Shown here one piece after another: positions 55,629 through 64,000 of a stretch of 64,000 nucleotides of DNA. Made by a program: the position numbers and the translations under genes. The notes beneath the pieces were generated by a model. It saw only the letters and a list, made by a program, of their open reading frames with translations, was not told where the DNA came from and did no database searches. Within the stretch, counting starts at the first letter, position 1. Each line of letters starts with the position of its first letter. The stretch spans positions 1 to 64,000 of the forward strand of contig JAVZCB010000001.1 of the NCBI GenBank assembly GCA_038874595.1, in the 5' to 3' direction. Source of the DNA: Candidatus Micrarchaeia archaeon (GTDB taxonomy: Archaea; Micrarchaeota; Micrarchaeia; CAILAH01).

Positions 55629-56153
55629 TCACTCTGTTTCAGCACCGGAGAGTACTTTCACACCGAATGCCTTTGAGACAAACTCCTGCGCTTCTGAATC
55701 TTGGATAATATGCTTCTTACCGATTGCAGCAGCACTTATCTTTCTATTGGCTACGCGGTAGCCGGGCCTTTTAAGTGATACACATACATCAAACCCCAGC
55801 ATCCCGATTTTTGGGTCATATTTTACACCTGGGAAATCGATATACTCTTTGACACCGAATGCAAAATTGCCCCTGCCGTCAAAAGATGAAGCGCGTATTT
55901 TCCTGCCAACCGCTTCAAACGCCTTTTTCAGGAATGTTTCAGCATCAGTGCCGCGTAGCGTAACTTTCGTTCCGATAGGCAGGCCTTTCCTCAGCCCCCA
56001 CGTGGGATTTCTTGTACGCGAGGTAGTGCGCACGGCTTTTCTTCCCGTGAGCCTCTCTATCAGTGCAACTGCATTGTCAAGAGGCTCCCCTGCCTTGCCT
56101 ACACCGATATTCACAACAATTTTATCTATACGGATATCCTTCATTGAAGCCAT
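55629..56153 (-). CDS. rpl5: Ribosomal protein uL5
   Basis: VNIGVG, KVTLRG, GNFAFG, YDPKIG. Confidence 0.97.
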   Translation of the reverse strand: MASMKDIRIDKIVVNIGVGKAGEPLDNAVALIERLTGRKAVRTTSRTRNPTWGLRKGLPIGTKVTLRGTDAETFLKKAFEAVGRKIRASSFDGRGNFAFGVKEYIDFPGVKYDPKIGMLGFDVCVSLKRPGYRVANRKISAAAIGKKHIIQDSEAQEFVSKAFGVKVLSGAETE

Positions 56154-56166
56154 AATCATAACCCCC

Positions 56167-56850
56167 TTATCCAATCGCGTACAGGTAGTGCAGTACTGTC
56201 ATTATATCCTCCCCACTATCTGTTTTCACAAATGCCTTTGCACGTGCCTCAACGGAACCAGGTGTAATACTCTGCAATGTGCAGTGTACACCAGCGTTTT
56301 TTCCTGCAAGTATTATGCACTTGCTTCCTTCCTTAAGAGGTATGTGCCCAAGTATTTTATTGTCTGGGATTGACACCTTGAGCGAGTCGCCCACATTGTA
56401 CTTATTGTCACTTATGATTGTCCGCCCATCACTCAATGCAAGCTGTGTTCTACCGCCTTTAATTGTGCGCTTGCCAGTTATCTTTAGCAGCTTATAATTG
56501 CGGTCTTCCCTCTTAGGTACAAGCCTACCGTGTGAATCAAGGTCCATATAATAAGTGGTGTTGTTGTCAGAGAGCTGGATTACATCCATAAATCCTATCG
56601 GGAATTTTGGGTTCTTGACAACACGCCCGTCAACCTTTATCCTACCCTCTTTGCACAGTTTGATTGCTTCTTTTGCGCGTGTTGCAATGCCCAATACCTC
56701 GCGCAACAGCACTGCAAGCGCAATACTATCACTAGCTTTGTGGGGCCCAACACCGGGCTTGATAAGCCAGACATTCTTTTTCTTGGCGATAGCTATACGC
56801 GCAGTTGCATTCAAACGCTTAAGGCTTTTAGTGTTTCCATGTTTTGCCAT
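56167..56850 (-). CDS. rps4e: Ribosomal protein eS4
   Basis: LKRL, GPH, VDG..FPIGFMDV, DGR. Confidence 0.96.
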   Translation of the reverse strand: MAKHGNTKSLKRLNATARIAIAKKKNVWLIKPGVGPHKASDSIALAVLLREVLGIATRAKEAIKLCKEGRIKVDGRVVKNPKFPIGFMDVIQLSDNNTTYYMDLDSHGRLVPKREDRNYKLLKITGKRTIKGGRTQLALSDGRTIISDNKYNVGDSLKVSIPDNKILGHIPLKEGSKCIILAGKNAGVHCTLQSITPGSVEARAKAFVKTDSGEDIMTVLHYLYAIG

Positions 56851-56861
56851 CGTTTACACCT

Positions 56862-57209
56862 TTATTTTGTTGATGCTTTAGGTGCTTCCACCTCAAGCTT
56901 TGTTATCATAAGGTTTGAAGGGTCAACTAAAAGCGGCTTTTCCTTCCCATCCATTTTTTTTGCCATCAACCCTTCAATGGCGACTTTCCTATTTTTCAGA
57001 TAAACCGAAGTCACCTTGCCTTCCCTGCCTTTCATCTCACCACGCATCACTTTCACCACGTATCCTTTCTTGACACGGAGCGAGCGCTTCCCAACAGTCT
57101 TGCGCAGCTCTTTTGATACATGTGCAGAGACCATATCCTGCTTTTTATGCAGTGGTGAAACAACCAAGTATTTTCTCTGTTTTTTGCACTTGCTTGCACG
57201 AATAACCAT
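56862..57209 (-). CDS. rpl24: Ribosomal protein uL24
   Basis: KQRK, PLH, V.VMRG, PSNLMITKL. Confidence 0.95.
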   Translation of the reverse strand: MVIRASKCKKQRKYLVVSPLHKKQDMVSAHVSKELRKTVGKRSLRVKKGYVVKVMRGEMKGREGKVTSVYLKNRKVAIEGLMAKKMDGKEKPLLVDPSNLMITKLEVEAPKASTK

Positions 57210-57608
57210 CTAAATCACCGCTGCAGCAATCGCCGCCACCTTCGGGTACCTTTCAGCAACCTCTCTTGCAATCGCACCTTTAATTTCGCTACCTTTTGGA
57301 AGGCCACCTTCATCAATCAGGACAGCAGCATTATCCTCAAATGCGATGTGCACGCCGTTTGCGCGCCGGAACTCCTTCTTCTGTCGTATTATGGTGGCGC
57401 GCTCAATTTTCTTTCTCATCTTAGGATTGCCTTTCTTAACGGATACAATTACCACATCACATATCCCAGCAGCAGGGTATGTCGACTTGGAAGCCCTGTA
57501 TCTAATAACACCAATTATCTGCAGGATTTTTGCACCGCTGTTATCATCACATACCAATTGTGCGCCAAGCGGTAGCGCCCTTGTGATCGAGCTTGTTAAT
57601 CCTCTCAT
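57210..57608 (-). CDS. rpl14: Ribosomal protein uL14
   Basis: DNSGAK, SVKKG, FEDNAAV. Confidence 0.97.
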   Translation of the reverse strand: MRGLTSSITRALPLGAQLVCDDNSGAKILQIIGVIRYRASKSTYPAAGICDVVIVSVKKGNPKMRKKIERATIIRQKKEFRRANGVHIAFEDNAAVLIDEGGLPKGSEIKGAIAREVAERYPKVAAIAAAVI

Positions 57609-57638
57609 CAAAACCAACCTCCATCTTTATTCATACAC

Positions 57639-57929
57639 CTACTGGCCAACCTTTTCTATAACCACCCAGTGCTTTGTCTTGCTTAACCGCCTGCATTGTT
57701 TTAGCCGCACAATATCACCAGGTTCAACATTCATACACTCAGGCAGGTGTGCGTGCAGCTTTGAGCGCTTTTTTGCATACCTTTCATACTTAGGAATGAA
57801 AGTTGTATACTCTCTCTCAACAACGACAGTTCTCCTAGCCTTATTGCTCACCACGGTACCTGTAATTTCAAGACCGTATGTGCTGAGACTGCCGTGAACA
57901 GGACATCTTTCATCGTTGCATTCAGCCAT
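57639..57929 (-). CDS. rps17: Ribosomal protein uS17
   Basis: CNDERCPVHG, PKYERY, CRRLSKTK. Confidence 0.97.
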   Translation of the reverse strand: MAECNDERCPVHGSLSTYGLEITGTVVSNKARRTVVVEREYTTFIPKYERYAKKRSKLHAHLPECMNVEPGDIVRLKQCRRLSKTKHWVVIEKVGQ

Positions 57930-58117
57930 TATTATACACCTTCTTTTTAACATAACCACAAATAGAGAGGGTCATTATAGCCATCCTCAGCAAGCCCTTG
58001 ATATTAAACTCAAGCAGCGCCCGAATAGCTTCTATTGGGTTAACCCATCTCAGGTATCTATTTTAAAAAGGTTAGTTTTTTAAAGGTTTATTTATAGTAT
58101 GCGACGAGGGGGCCTAA

Positions 58118-58783
58118 ATGCAGGAGATGCACATCTTTTTTGATATTGACAATACGCTTTTTCCAACAAGCCATTTCCTTAGGATGGCAGACCAGAACGC
58201 AGTGAATGCCATGATATCAAAGGGCCTGGATTGCAGTTTTGCCAAGGGGATACGCGAGCTGCGCCAAATAATAATGGAGAAAGGGTCAAATTACCCAAAT
58301 CATTTTGATTTGCTTGTTGAGCGCGTCAACGGAAAAAAGGAAATTAAGATTGTTGCAGCAGGTGTTATGGCGTACCATAATACAAAGAATGCAATGTCCC
58401 CTTATCCAGAAGTCCCACGGGTGCTTATGGCACTGCACGATGCAGGCCACCACCTGCATATAGCATCAGAAGGTATCGAGATAAAGCAGTGGGATAAGCT
58501 GCTTCGCCTTGGCATAGATATTTACTTTGAGGATGTTTACGTAACAAATGCAAAAGATGTGCAGTTCTACAAGCGCATAATCAGGCAGTGCAATCTTGAC
58601 CCTTCACATTGTGTTATGATAGGGGACAGGCCAAGCAAGGATACGGAGCCTGCAATGTGCGCAGGCATGTATGGGATTCGTATCAAACGAGGTAAATATT
58701 CCAATGAGGCCGGCAAGTGCCACAAGGAAATAAGAACGCTAACTCCGCTGCCAAAAATCATAAGTGGGCTCTTGAACCAATAG
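58118..58783 (+). CDS. HAD-superfamily hydrolase
   Basis: FDIDNTL, KQWDKL, MIGD..KD. Confidence 0.9.
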   Translation: MQEMHIFFDIDNTLFPTSHFLRMADQNAVNAMISKGLDCSFAKGIRELRQIIMEKGSNYPNHFDLLVERVNGKKEIKIVAAGVMAYHNTKNAMSPYPEVPRVLMALHDAGHHLHIASEGIEIKQWDKLLRLGIDIYFEDVYVTNAKDVQFYKRIIRQCNLDPSHCVMIGDRPSKDTEPAMCAGMYGIRIKRGKYSNEAGKCHKEIRTLTPLPKIISGLLNQ

Positions 58784-58804
58784 TTACCGGTTTTGTATTT
58801 GCAA

Positions 58805-59719
58805 TTACTTCTGCCCCTTTTTGCCAGTTAGCATGTAATAAATAGGTGAAGTTGATGGTATTGAGATTGATTTTAAAGCCTGGTTTTTTGTAGTTGCGTT
58901 CCAGTCAAGAATCACGCCGGAGGCGTTTTCAAGCACGAATTCATATCTGAAAACCGACACTGCAGCTTTTGATGAGCACGGTGTTGGGCCAGCAGTGTAT
59001 ACCCATACATGTAATATATCCCCACCCGGCAGGTATGAGTTTGCACCTACGCGGTGCTTGTATTCGTAACCGCACGCATCTTCAGAGATAAGCTTGCACA
59101 TCGCAATGTAATCGTAGTTATCGAGCTTATACCCGTACCCGGCAAGTGCATACTTCCCATCACTCGTCTCAATATAACTGGCATTCCGTTCATGAGTGGG
59201 CAGTTTCTCACATCCGAACACGCTTAGCTCAGTATAGGTCTTTTCCTCAGCCAAGCATACGCGTGAGTTACGCGATTTTGTGTTGTAATCAAGACACGAG
59301 AATGCATAACTCTTGTTAAGTATGGGGAGTATTAGATGATTTGCCTCTGTGCGGTGTACGGAGTATAGATACGCCTCATACTCTTCAGCGGGCACACTCC
59401 CACTGAATTTTGGTATCGGGTCATCAAAATAGATGTATACCCCACTTTCGTTTACGATCTCGTGTACGCTAAAGTTTTTTCCAGTGTATTCGTTCCGGAT
59501 TGTAATCCTGCTGCTTACATTTAGCTTTTCGGTTTCAGTGGGCGCCTCTTTATTCTTTTGTAAAGTAGTATCAACAAATTGCCCACCATCAGTTAGCAAG
59601 CCCCCTGTAGTATTATAAGTGGTGTTTTGAGCGTTATTGATCGGCAATTCTTGTACGCATCCTATAAGGGAGATGCACACAATCAGCGCAATAAAAATAA
59701 GGCAAAAGTACCTTCTCAT
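58805..59719 (-). CDS. Predicted lipoprotein, function unknown
   Basis: Signal peptide with lipobox-like LIGC and a T/N-rich linker. Confidence 0.7.
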   Translation of the reverse strand: MRRYFCLIFIALIVCISLIGCVQELPINNAQNTTYNTTGGLLTDGGQFVDTTLQKNKEAPTETEKLNVSSRITIRNEYTGKNFSVHEIVNESGVYIYFDDPIPKFSGSVPAEEYEAYLYSVHRTEANHLILPILNKSYAFSCLDYNTKSRNSRVCLAEEKTYTELSVFGCEKLPTHERNASYIETSDGKYALAGYGYKLDNYDYIAMCKLISEDACGYEYKHRVGANSYLPGGDILHVWVYTAGPTPCSSKAAVSVFRYEFVLENASGVILDWNATTKNQALKSISIPSTSPIYYMLTGKKGQK

Positions 59720-59722
59720 TGT

Positions 59723-59923
59723 TTATGACCTTGCAAGCTTTACATCATCTTCAACAACAGTTTTCCTGCCAGCGTGCCGCGCTAGCTTGATTGCCTTTGT
59801 TGCAATCTTGATTGCTTCCTCCTCAAGCACATCTATCATTGCATCAATAGCACCATCGCTTACCCGCTCTGCACCTGCACGTTTCATAAGCCTCTCAATG
59901 GGGGCTCTTGGAATATCCGCCAT
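59723..59923 (-). CDS. Archaeal histone (HMf-type)
   Basis: PRAPIERL..AGAERVS..HAGRKTV..DVKLA. Confidence 0.97.
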   Translation of the reverse strand: MADIPRAPIERLMKRAGAERVSDGAIDAMIDVLEEEAIKIATKAIKLARHAGRKTVVEDDVKLARS

Positions 59924-59968
59924 CCAACCACCTTTAAGGTTTAATAATGTGATAAAACCTTATATAGG

Positions 59969-61444
59969 TTGATGGCACTCAGGGAAGGTGTAGAGCCTCG
60001 CAAATACCAAAAAGAGATAGCAGAGAGCGCCTTACGCCACGGTAACACGCTGGTTGTGCTTCCAACAGGTATGGGCAAGACGCTAATAGCTGTTTTGGTT
60101 ATTGAAAGGAAGGTGCAGGAAGGTGCTGTGTTGTTTCTTGCACCTACCAAGCCGCTCGTAAGCCAGCACCTGAAAACAATAAGAGACCTGCTCCCCGGCG
60201 TTGATGCAATTGCAATCACCGGTGAGATGGGAAAAAATGCACGGAAGGAGCTCTGGAAATCGCATGATATAATAGTTGCAACACCACAGACTGTTGAGAG
60301 CGACCTGGATATAATTGATAAGGGCAGGTTTTCCCTTCTTGTAATAGATGAGGTTCACAAGGCGATTGGGAAGTACGCATATACAGAGGTTGCGCAGGAG
60401 TTCAGGCCATATGCAATGATTCTTGGGCTGACAGCATCACCCGGCGGTAAAAAGGCAAAGATAGAGGAGATAACAAGCACACTTGGGATAGTCAATGTTG
60501 AAAGCAGGGACCATCTTGATGAGGATGTGCGGCCTTACGTTAAAGAGATGGATATTGACTGGATAGAAGTTGATGAGCTTCCTGAATATGTTGAGGCAAA
60601 GAAACAGCTGCGTGCACTCCTTGACTGGTACATAGGCATGGTAAGGCATTATGGGTTTTCAGTGTATGCAAAAAGCAGGAAATCTATGATACTTGCACAA
60701 CAGTCAATCATGAAGAGCAGGCTGAAGAGCAAGTATCATGCGCTGAAGTATTTGAGCGCAGCAATAAACCTTGATTATGCGATTGAGATGCTTGAGACGC
60801 AGAGTATGGATGCATTTTTAACGTATACAGCCAGCCTGGAAAGCAGGGAGACGAAGGGCGCACAGCTGCTTTCCAGGGATGGGCGCTTGCATGATATAAT
60901 AGCATATGTGCGGCAGCACAAGGTTATCCACCCAAAGATGCAAAAACTTGTTGAGCTGATTGAGGCCGACAAGAGCGCAAAATACATTGTGTTTTCACAG
61001 TATACCGCACAGATAGAGTACTTGGAGAGGGCGCTTGCACTGTTTGGGTTCAGGTGCAGGAAGTTTATGGGGCAGCGCCGTGGGTTTACAAGAAAACAGC
61101 AGCTTGAGGCAATTGAGCAGTTCAGGAATGGTGAGTTTGACGTGCTCATTGCAAGCTCAATAGGCGAGGAAGGGCTGGATATCCCTTCAGTGGATTATGT
61201 AATATTCTACGAGCCAATCCCAAGCGAGATAAGAAGCATACAGCGTAGGGGTCGTGCAGGCAGGGCAAAGAAAGGGTTTGTGCGCGTATTAATTACAAGG
61301 GGCACGCGTGATGAGGCGGCGTATTATGTCTCACAGCGCAAAGAAAAGCGCATGAAGCACATAATCAACAGGATGAAGGCCGGCAATTCAGGTATCCTGC
61401 GCGGGCGCAAGCTGACCGGCACGCTTATGGATTATATGCATTAG
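59969..61444 (+). CDS. Hef/Mph1/FANCM-like SF2 helicase without nuclease domain
   Basis: PRKYQ, PTGMGKT, DEVH, TASPG, GEEGLD, QRRGRAGR. Confidence 0.9.
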   Translation: MMALREGVEPRKYQKEIAESALRHGNTLVVLPTGMGKTLIAVLVIERKVQEGAVLFLAPTKPLVSQHLKTIRDLLPGVDAIAITGEMGKNARKELWKSHDIIVATPQTVESDLDIIDKGRFSLLVIDEVHKAIGKYAYTEVAQEFRPYAMILGLTASPGGKKAKIEEITSTLGIVNVESRDHLDEDVRPYVKEMDIDWIEVDELPEYVEAKKQLRALLDWYIGMVRHYGFSVYAKSRKSMILAQQSIMKSRLKSKYHALKYLSAAINLDYAIEMLETQSMDAFLTYTASLESRETKGAQLLSRDGRLHDIIAYVRQHKVIHPKMQKLVELIEADKSAKYIVFSQYTAQIEYLERALALFGFRCRKFMGQRRGFTRKQQLEAIEQFRNGEFDVLIASSIGEEGLDIPSVDYVIFYEPIPSEIRSIQRRGRAGRAKKGFVRVLITRGTRDEAAYYVSQRKEKRMKHIINRMKAGNSGILRGRKLTGTLMDYMH

Positions 61445-61484
61445 TCAATCATTCAGGACCAAAACTCTGACACACTATCGCAAC

Positions 61485-61748
61485 TTACAGCAGGAAATCC
61501 TTTGATGCCTTTCCCTTTGGAAAGACAGGGATGCCCTTTGCCCTCACAGGCAATCCGGTTTCTTCGGCAACCGCAGACAATTCGTTTATTGGTATAAGCA
61601 TATCACAATCAAGCAGCTTGTAAGGCCCGGCAGCGGACGGCTCTGCAACCATCCTGAAGACAACACGCTGGTATATCCCGCCCGCCCTTTTCACGCGCAG
61701 TATCACCGACCCGCCCGCCTTGAAATCAATATGCTTTTGAGATGCCAC
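61485..61748 (-). CDS. Small hypothetical protein
   Basis: GGTGA RBS before GTG; co-oriented downstream of rnhC. Confidence 0.55.
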   Translation of the reverse strand: MASQKHIDFKAGGSVILRVKRAGGIYQRVVFRMVAEPSAAGPYKLLDCDMLIPINELSAVAEETGLPVRAKGIPVFPKGKASKDFLL

Positions 61749-61761
61749 ACAATCACCATTT

Positions 61762-62607
61762 TTAACCAATACTCTTACCTTCTTTATATCCTGTAAGATA
61801 ACTAACTTTGCAGAATTCATTCCTTTTCCTGTGCACAGCAATCTTATCTTTTGTGAGTTTTCTTATGTTTATCTTCTCGGATGTTTCATAGCTCGCCAGC
61901 CATTTTTCATACTCGCTTTTTGCAATTATGCTCGCTGCTGCAACAGACTCAAACCTTTCTGCCCGTGTTGTGGTAATTATGTTTATGTTTAAATGGGCCT
62001 GCTTAAGCGCCTCCTCAAGTTTTAAATCGTTACGTTTGCTTCCAAACTTATCAATTATCACGGTGCATTTTTCATTTGTATCTATTTTTTCGAGAAGCTT
62101 GCTTATTGCCGAAGCGTGCATTTCAGTGAGCAGGTCGTTGAGGTTGCCGCTGCGGAATTTTTCATTAAAGTCGCGTGGTGATAGCACACGCACAGCATAC
62201 GGATAAGTGCGTGCAATTCTTGATACTTCAGCGAGCTGGCCGCGCGATAACTCCTTGCTATCCATAACTCCGCAGAACCTTGCAAGTGCACGGTCTTCAG
62301 GTGTCCTGAGCAGCACAGCAGCTACAACCATTGGTCCCAGCAGCTCTCCCTTCCCAGCCTCATCAGAGCCTATAACCGGCCCGTCAAACCCGTCGCGTGA
62401 GGTAATGAACTCAATTATCTTATTACGCATTTCCCCCTCTGGCTTTTCAGAGAACACAACTTTGCCACTGTTGTATATCACAACCAGCGCACGCCCAATC
62501 TTATACCTGCCAAATTCATACTCGCTTGCAGTTTTGAGGCGATGGATTTCAGGAAATAATTGTGTAAACTCAGGCAACTGCTCTGGTGAGAGTTGTATTG
62601 TATGCAT
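61762..62607 (-). CDS. rnhC: Ribonuclease HIII
   Basis: N-terminal TBP-like YNSGKVVF domain; IGSDEAGKG, DSK, IDKF, VAAASIIA. Confidence 0.8.
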   Translation of the reverse strand: MHTIQLSPEQLPEFTQLFPEIHRLKTASEYEFGRYKIGRALVVIYNSGKVVFSEKPEGEMRNKIIEFITSRDGFDGPVIGSDEAGKGELLGPMVVAAVLLRTPEDRALARFCGVMDSKELSRGQLAEVSRIARTYPYAVRVLSPRDFNEKFRSGNLNDLLTEMHASAISKLLEKIDTNEKCTVIIDKFGSKRNDLKLEEALKQAHLNINIITTTRAERFESVAAASIIAKSEYEKWLASYETSEKINIRKLTKDKIAVHRKRNEFCKVSYLTGYKEGKSIG

Positions 62608-62658
62608 TGGTGATACTTCTGCACAAATGATTTAAAGTTATGGCACAAAGAAAAAACG

Positions 62659-63171
62659 ATGGTCCAGTACCCAATCCCATTTGTTGCCGGGATAATAGAG
62701 AAGAAGATTAATGGCAGGACGCACATCTTGCTGCAGACACGCTGGAAATTCAGTGTTAGCCCAAAATATTCTGGGCTGTATGAGCTGCCAGGCGGTGCGG
62801 TTGAAGCCGGGGAGAACGTGTATGATGCACTTAAGCGTGAGATTAAGGAAGAGACAAACCTTGATGTGAAGCGGTTTATAAACCTCAATGTCACTGATGA
62901 CATAAGCAATATAGATGGTGATTCCGCGTTTGGCTTTATGCCGTTCTGCTGTACCCAGATGACAAAGCCAATTTATTTTGTTGGGTTATTTTTTGTGTGC
63001 GAGGCTGAGGAAGGCCAGTTGGTTGCAGGCAAGGATGAGGCAAAGGACCCTCACTGGGTCAGTTTGGACGATCTTGCTGTAATGCTCAGGAAAGAGCGTA
63101 GGAAATTCTTTACGCCGCACCTTCCAGCGCTTGATATGTACATGCAGTTGCGTGGTGGCAGCATGCAATAA
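62659..63171 (+). CDS. NUDIX hydrolase
   Basis: GGAVEAGE...ALKREIKEETNL Nudix box. Confidence 0.93.
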   Translation: MVQYPIPFVAGIIEKKINGRTHILLQTRWKFSVSPKYSGLYELPGGAVEAGENVYDALKREIKEETNLDVKRFINLNVTDDISNIDGDSAFGFMPFCCTQMTKPIYFVGLFFVCEAEEGQLVAGKDEAKDPHWVSLDDLAVMLRKERRKFFTPHLPALDMYMQLRGGSMQ

Positions 63172-63196
63172 ACATTACCTTGCGGGAAGTTAGCGG

Positions 63197-64000
63197 CTAT
63201 TTTTGCAGGATACCGCTTGTGGAGATTTCTAGTATGAGGTATATTATGTAGAACAGCAGGAGGTATAACCCTTCCTGGCGTGTAAGTATCCTTCCGGAGC
63301 GCAGGAAGTAAATGAGCAGTGCACCCGCAAAGAACATCATCCCGCCAGTAACGTATATGTAGGTGGGATTAAAATTAATTGGGTGTATCAGTGCAACTAT
63401 ACCTAACAGTATCGTTGCGTCTATTATTACGTTGCCCAGTATATCCCCGAGTGCAAGCTCACTATGGTTTGATGTTACTGCTTTGATTGAGAACACGAGT
63501 TCAGGCATGCATGTACCAATTGCAACAAGCGTGAGTGCTATCAGGAAAGGTGGCACACCTATCTCGGTTGCAAAGCTAACACTGAACTTGACAGTGTAGT
63601 ATGCTCCACCAATCAGTGCGATAATGGTTACCACCAACAGCACCAGATTGGCAATCCAGCTAAGGTTTTCAGCATGGTTAAATTTCCTGCTGAATCTTTT
63701 CCTTTGCATCAGGAGTGTTGTAAAGAACAGCAAACCGCTTATGATTAGTATAAGGCCGTCAAAGCGCGTTATGTTTCCATCAAAGCCCAAGAGCAAAGGA
63801 ACAAGGAGCAGTATGAGATAGAAGAAGTTGCTTTTCAGAATTTCACTTTTTACAGTTATCCCATTTTTTGAGAATAATGCAACTACCCCAAACACCATTG
63901 CCAGGTCTGCAACGTTTGAGCCAAGAAGTGTGCCGAGCCCAAATTCGGGTGTGCCTTCAAGCGCGGAAACTATAGATACCATAGCTTCAGGAAAGCAGGA
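63197..64000 (-). CDS. Ca2+/Na+ antiporter (CaCA, YrbG-like), 5' partial
   Basis: LGSNV, GTCMPEL, GDILGN alpha repeats. Confidence 0.88.
   Translation of the reverse strand, partial: SCFPEAMVSIVSALEGTPEFGLGTLLGSNVADLAMVFGVVALFSKNGITVKSEILKSNFFYLILLLVPLLLGFDGNITRFDGLILIISGLLFFTTLLMQRKRFSRKFNHAENLSWIANLVLLVVTIIALIGGAYYTVKFSVSFATEIGVPPFLIALTLVAIGTCMPELVFSIKAVTSNHSELALGDILGNVIIDATILLGIVALIHPINFNPTYIYVTGGMMFFAGALLIYFLRSGRILTRQEGLYLLLFYIIYLILEISTSGILQK

Noticed and set aside
47321-57897. Long plus-strand ORFs (e.g. 47321..47926, 49804..50514, 52476..53186, 57346..57897)
   Set aside because: Antisense to clearly identified ankyrin, secY and ribosomal protein genes.

Overview
Archaeal genomic window, most likely DPANN and probably Micrarchaeota-like (inferred from the archaeal r-proteins, histone, TFE, SRP54/FtsY, compact genes and many non-canonical tRNA introns). 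Bases 1-17.5 kb hold a co-oriented cell-surface locus: three paralogous polytopic membrane proteins (CedA/VirB6-like by my recall), a 2876-aa predicted lipoprotein and two very Cys-rich membrane-anchored proteins, one with a dockerin-like motif. Bases 17.6-42 kb mix housekeeping and sugar-nucleotide genes, a stand-alone box C/D sRNA, a pilin-like cluster and an AT-rich cassette of three secreted proteins with a shared leader. Bases 42-58 kb hold two ribosomal-protein clusters, and 58-64 kb hold a histone, a Hef-like helicase, RNase HIII and others. The strongest unexplained signal is non-coding. All six tRNA genes are intron-split (10 introns, four at T-loop position 59/60), and several introns appear to carry RNA cargo. 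The elongator tRNA-Met intron holds a K-turn plus an antisense element that predicts methylation of its own C34. The tRNA-Thr T-loop intron has a C/D'/C'/D layout. A rare tRNA-Ile(UAU) has a 236-nt multi-hairpin T-loop intron with an internal duplication. All calls come from reading the sequence by eye; no searches were run.
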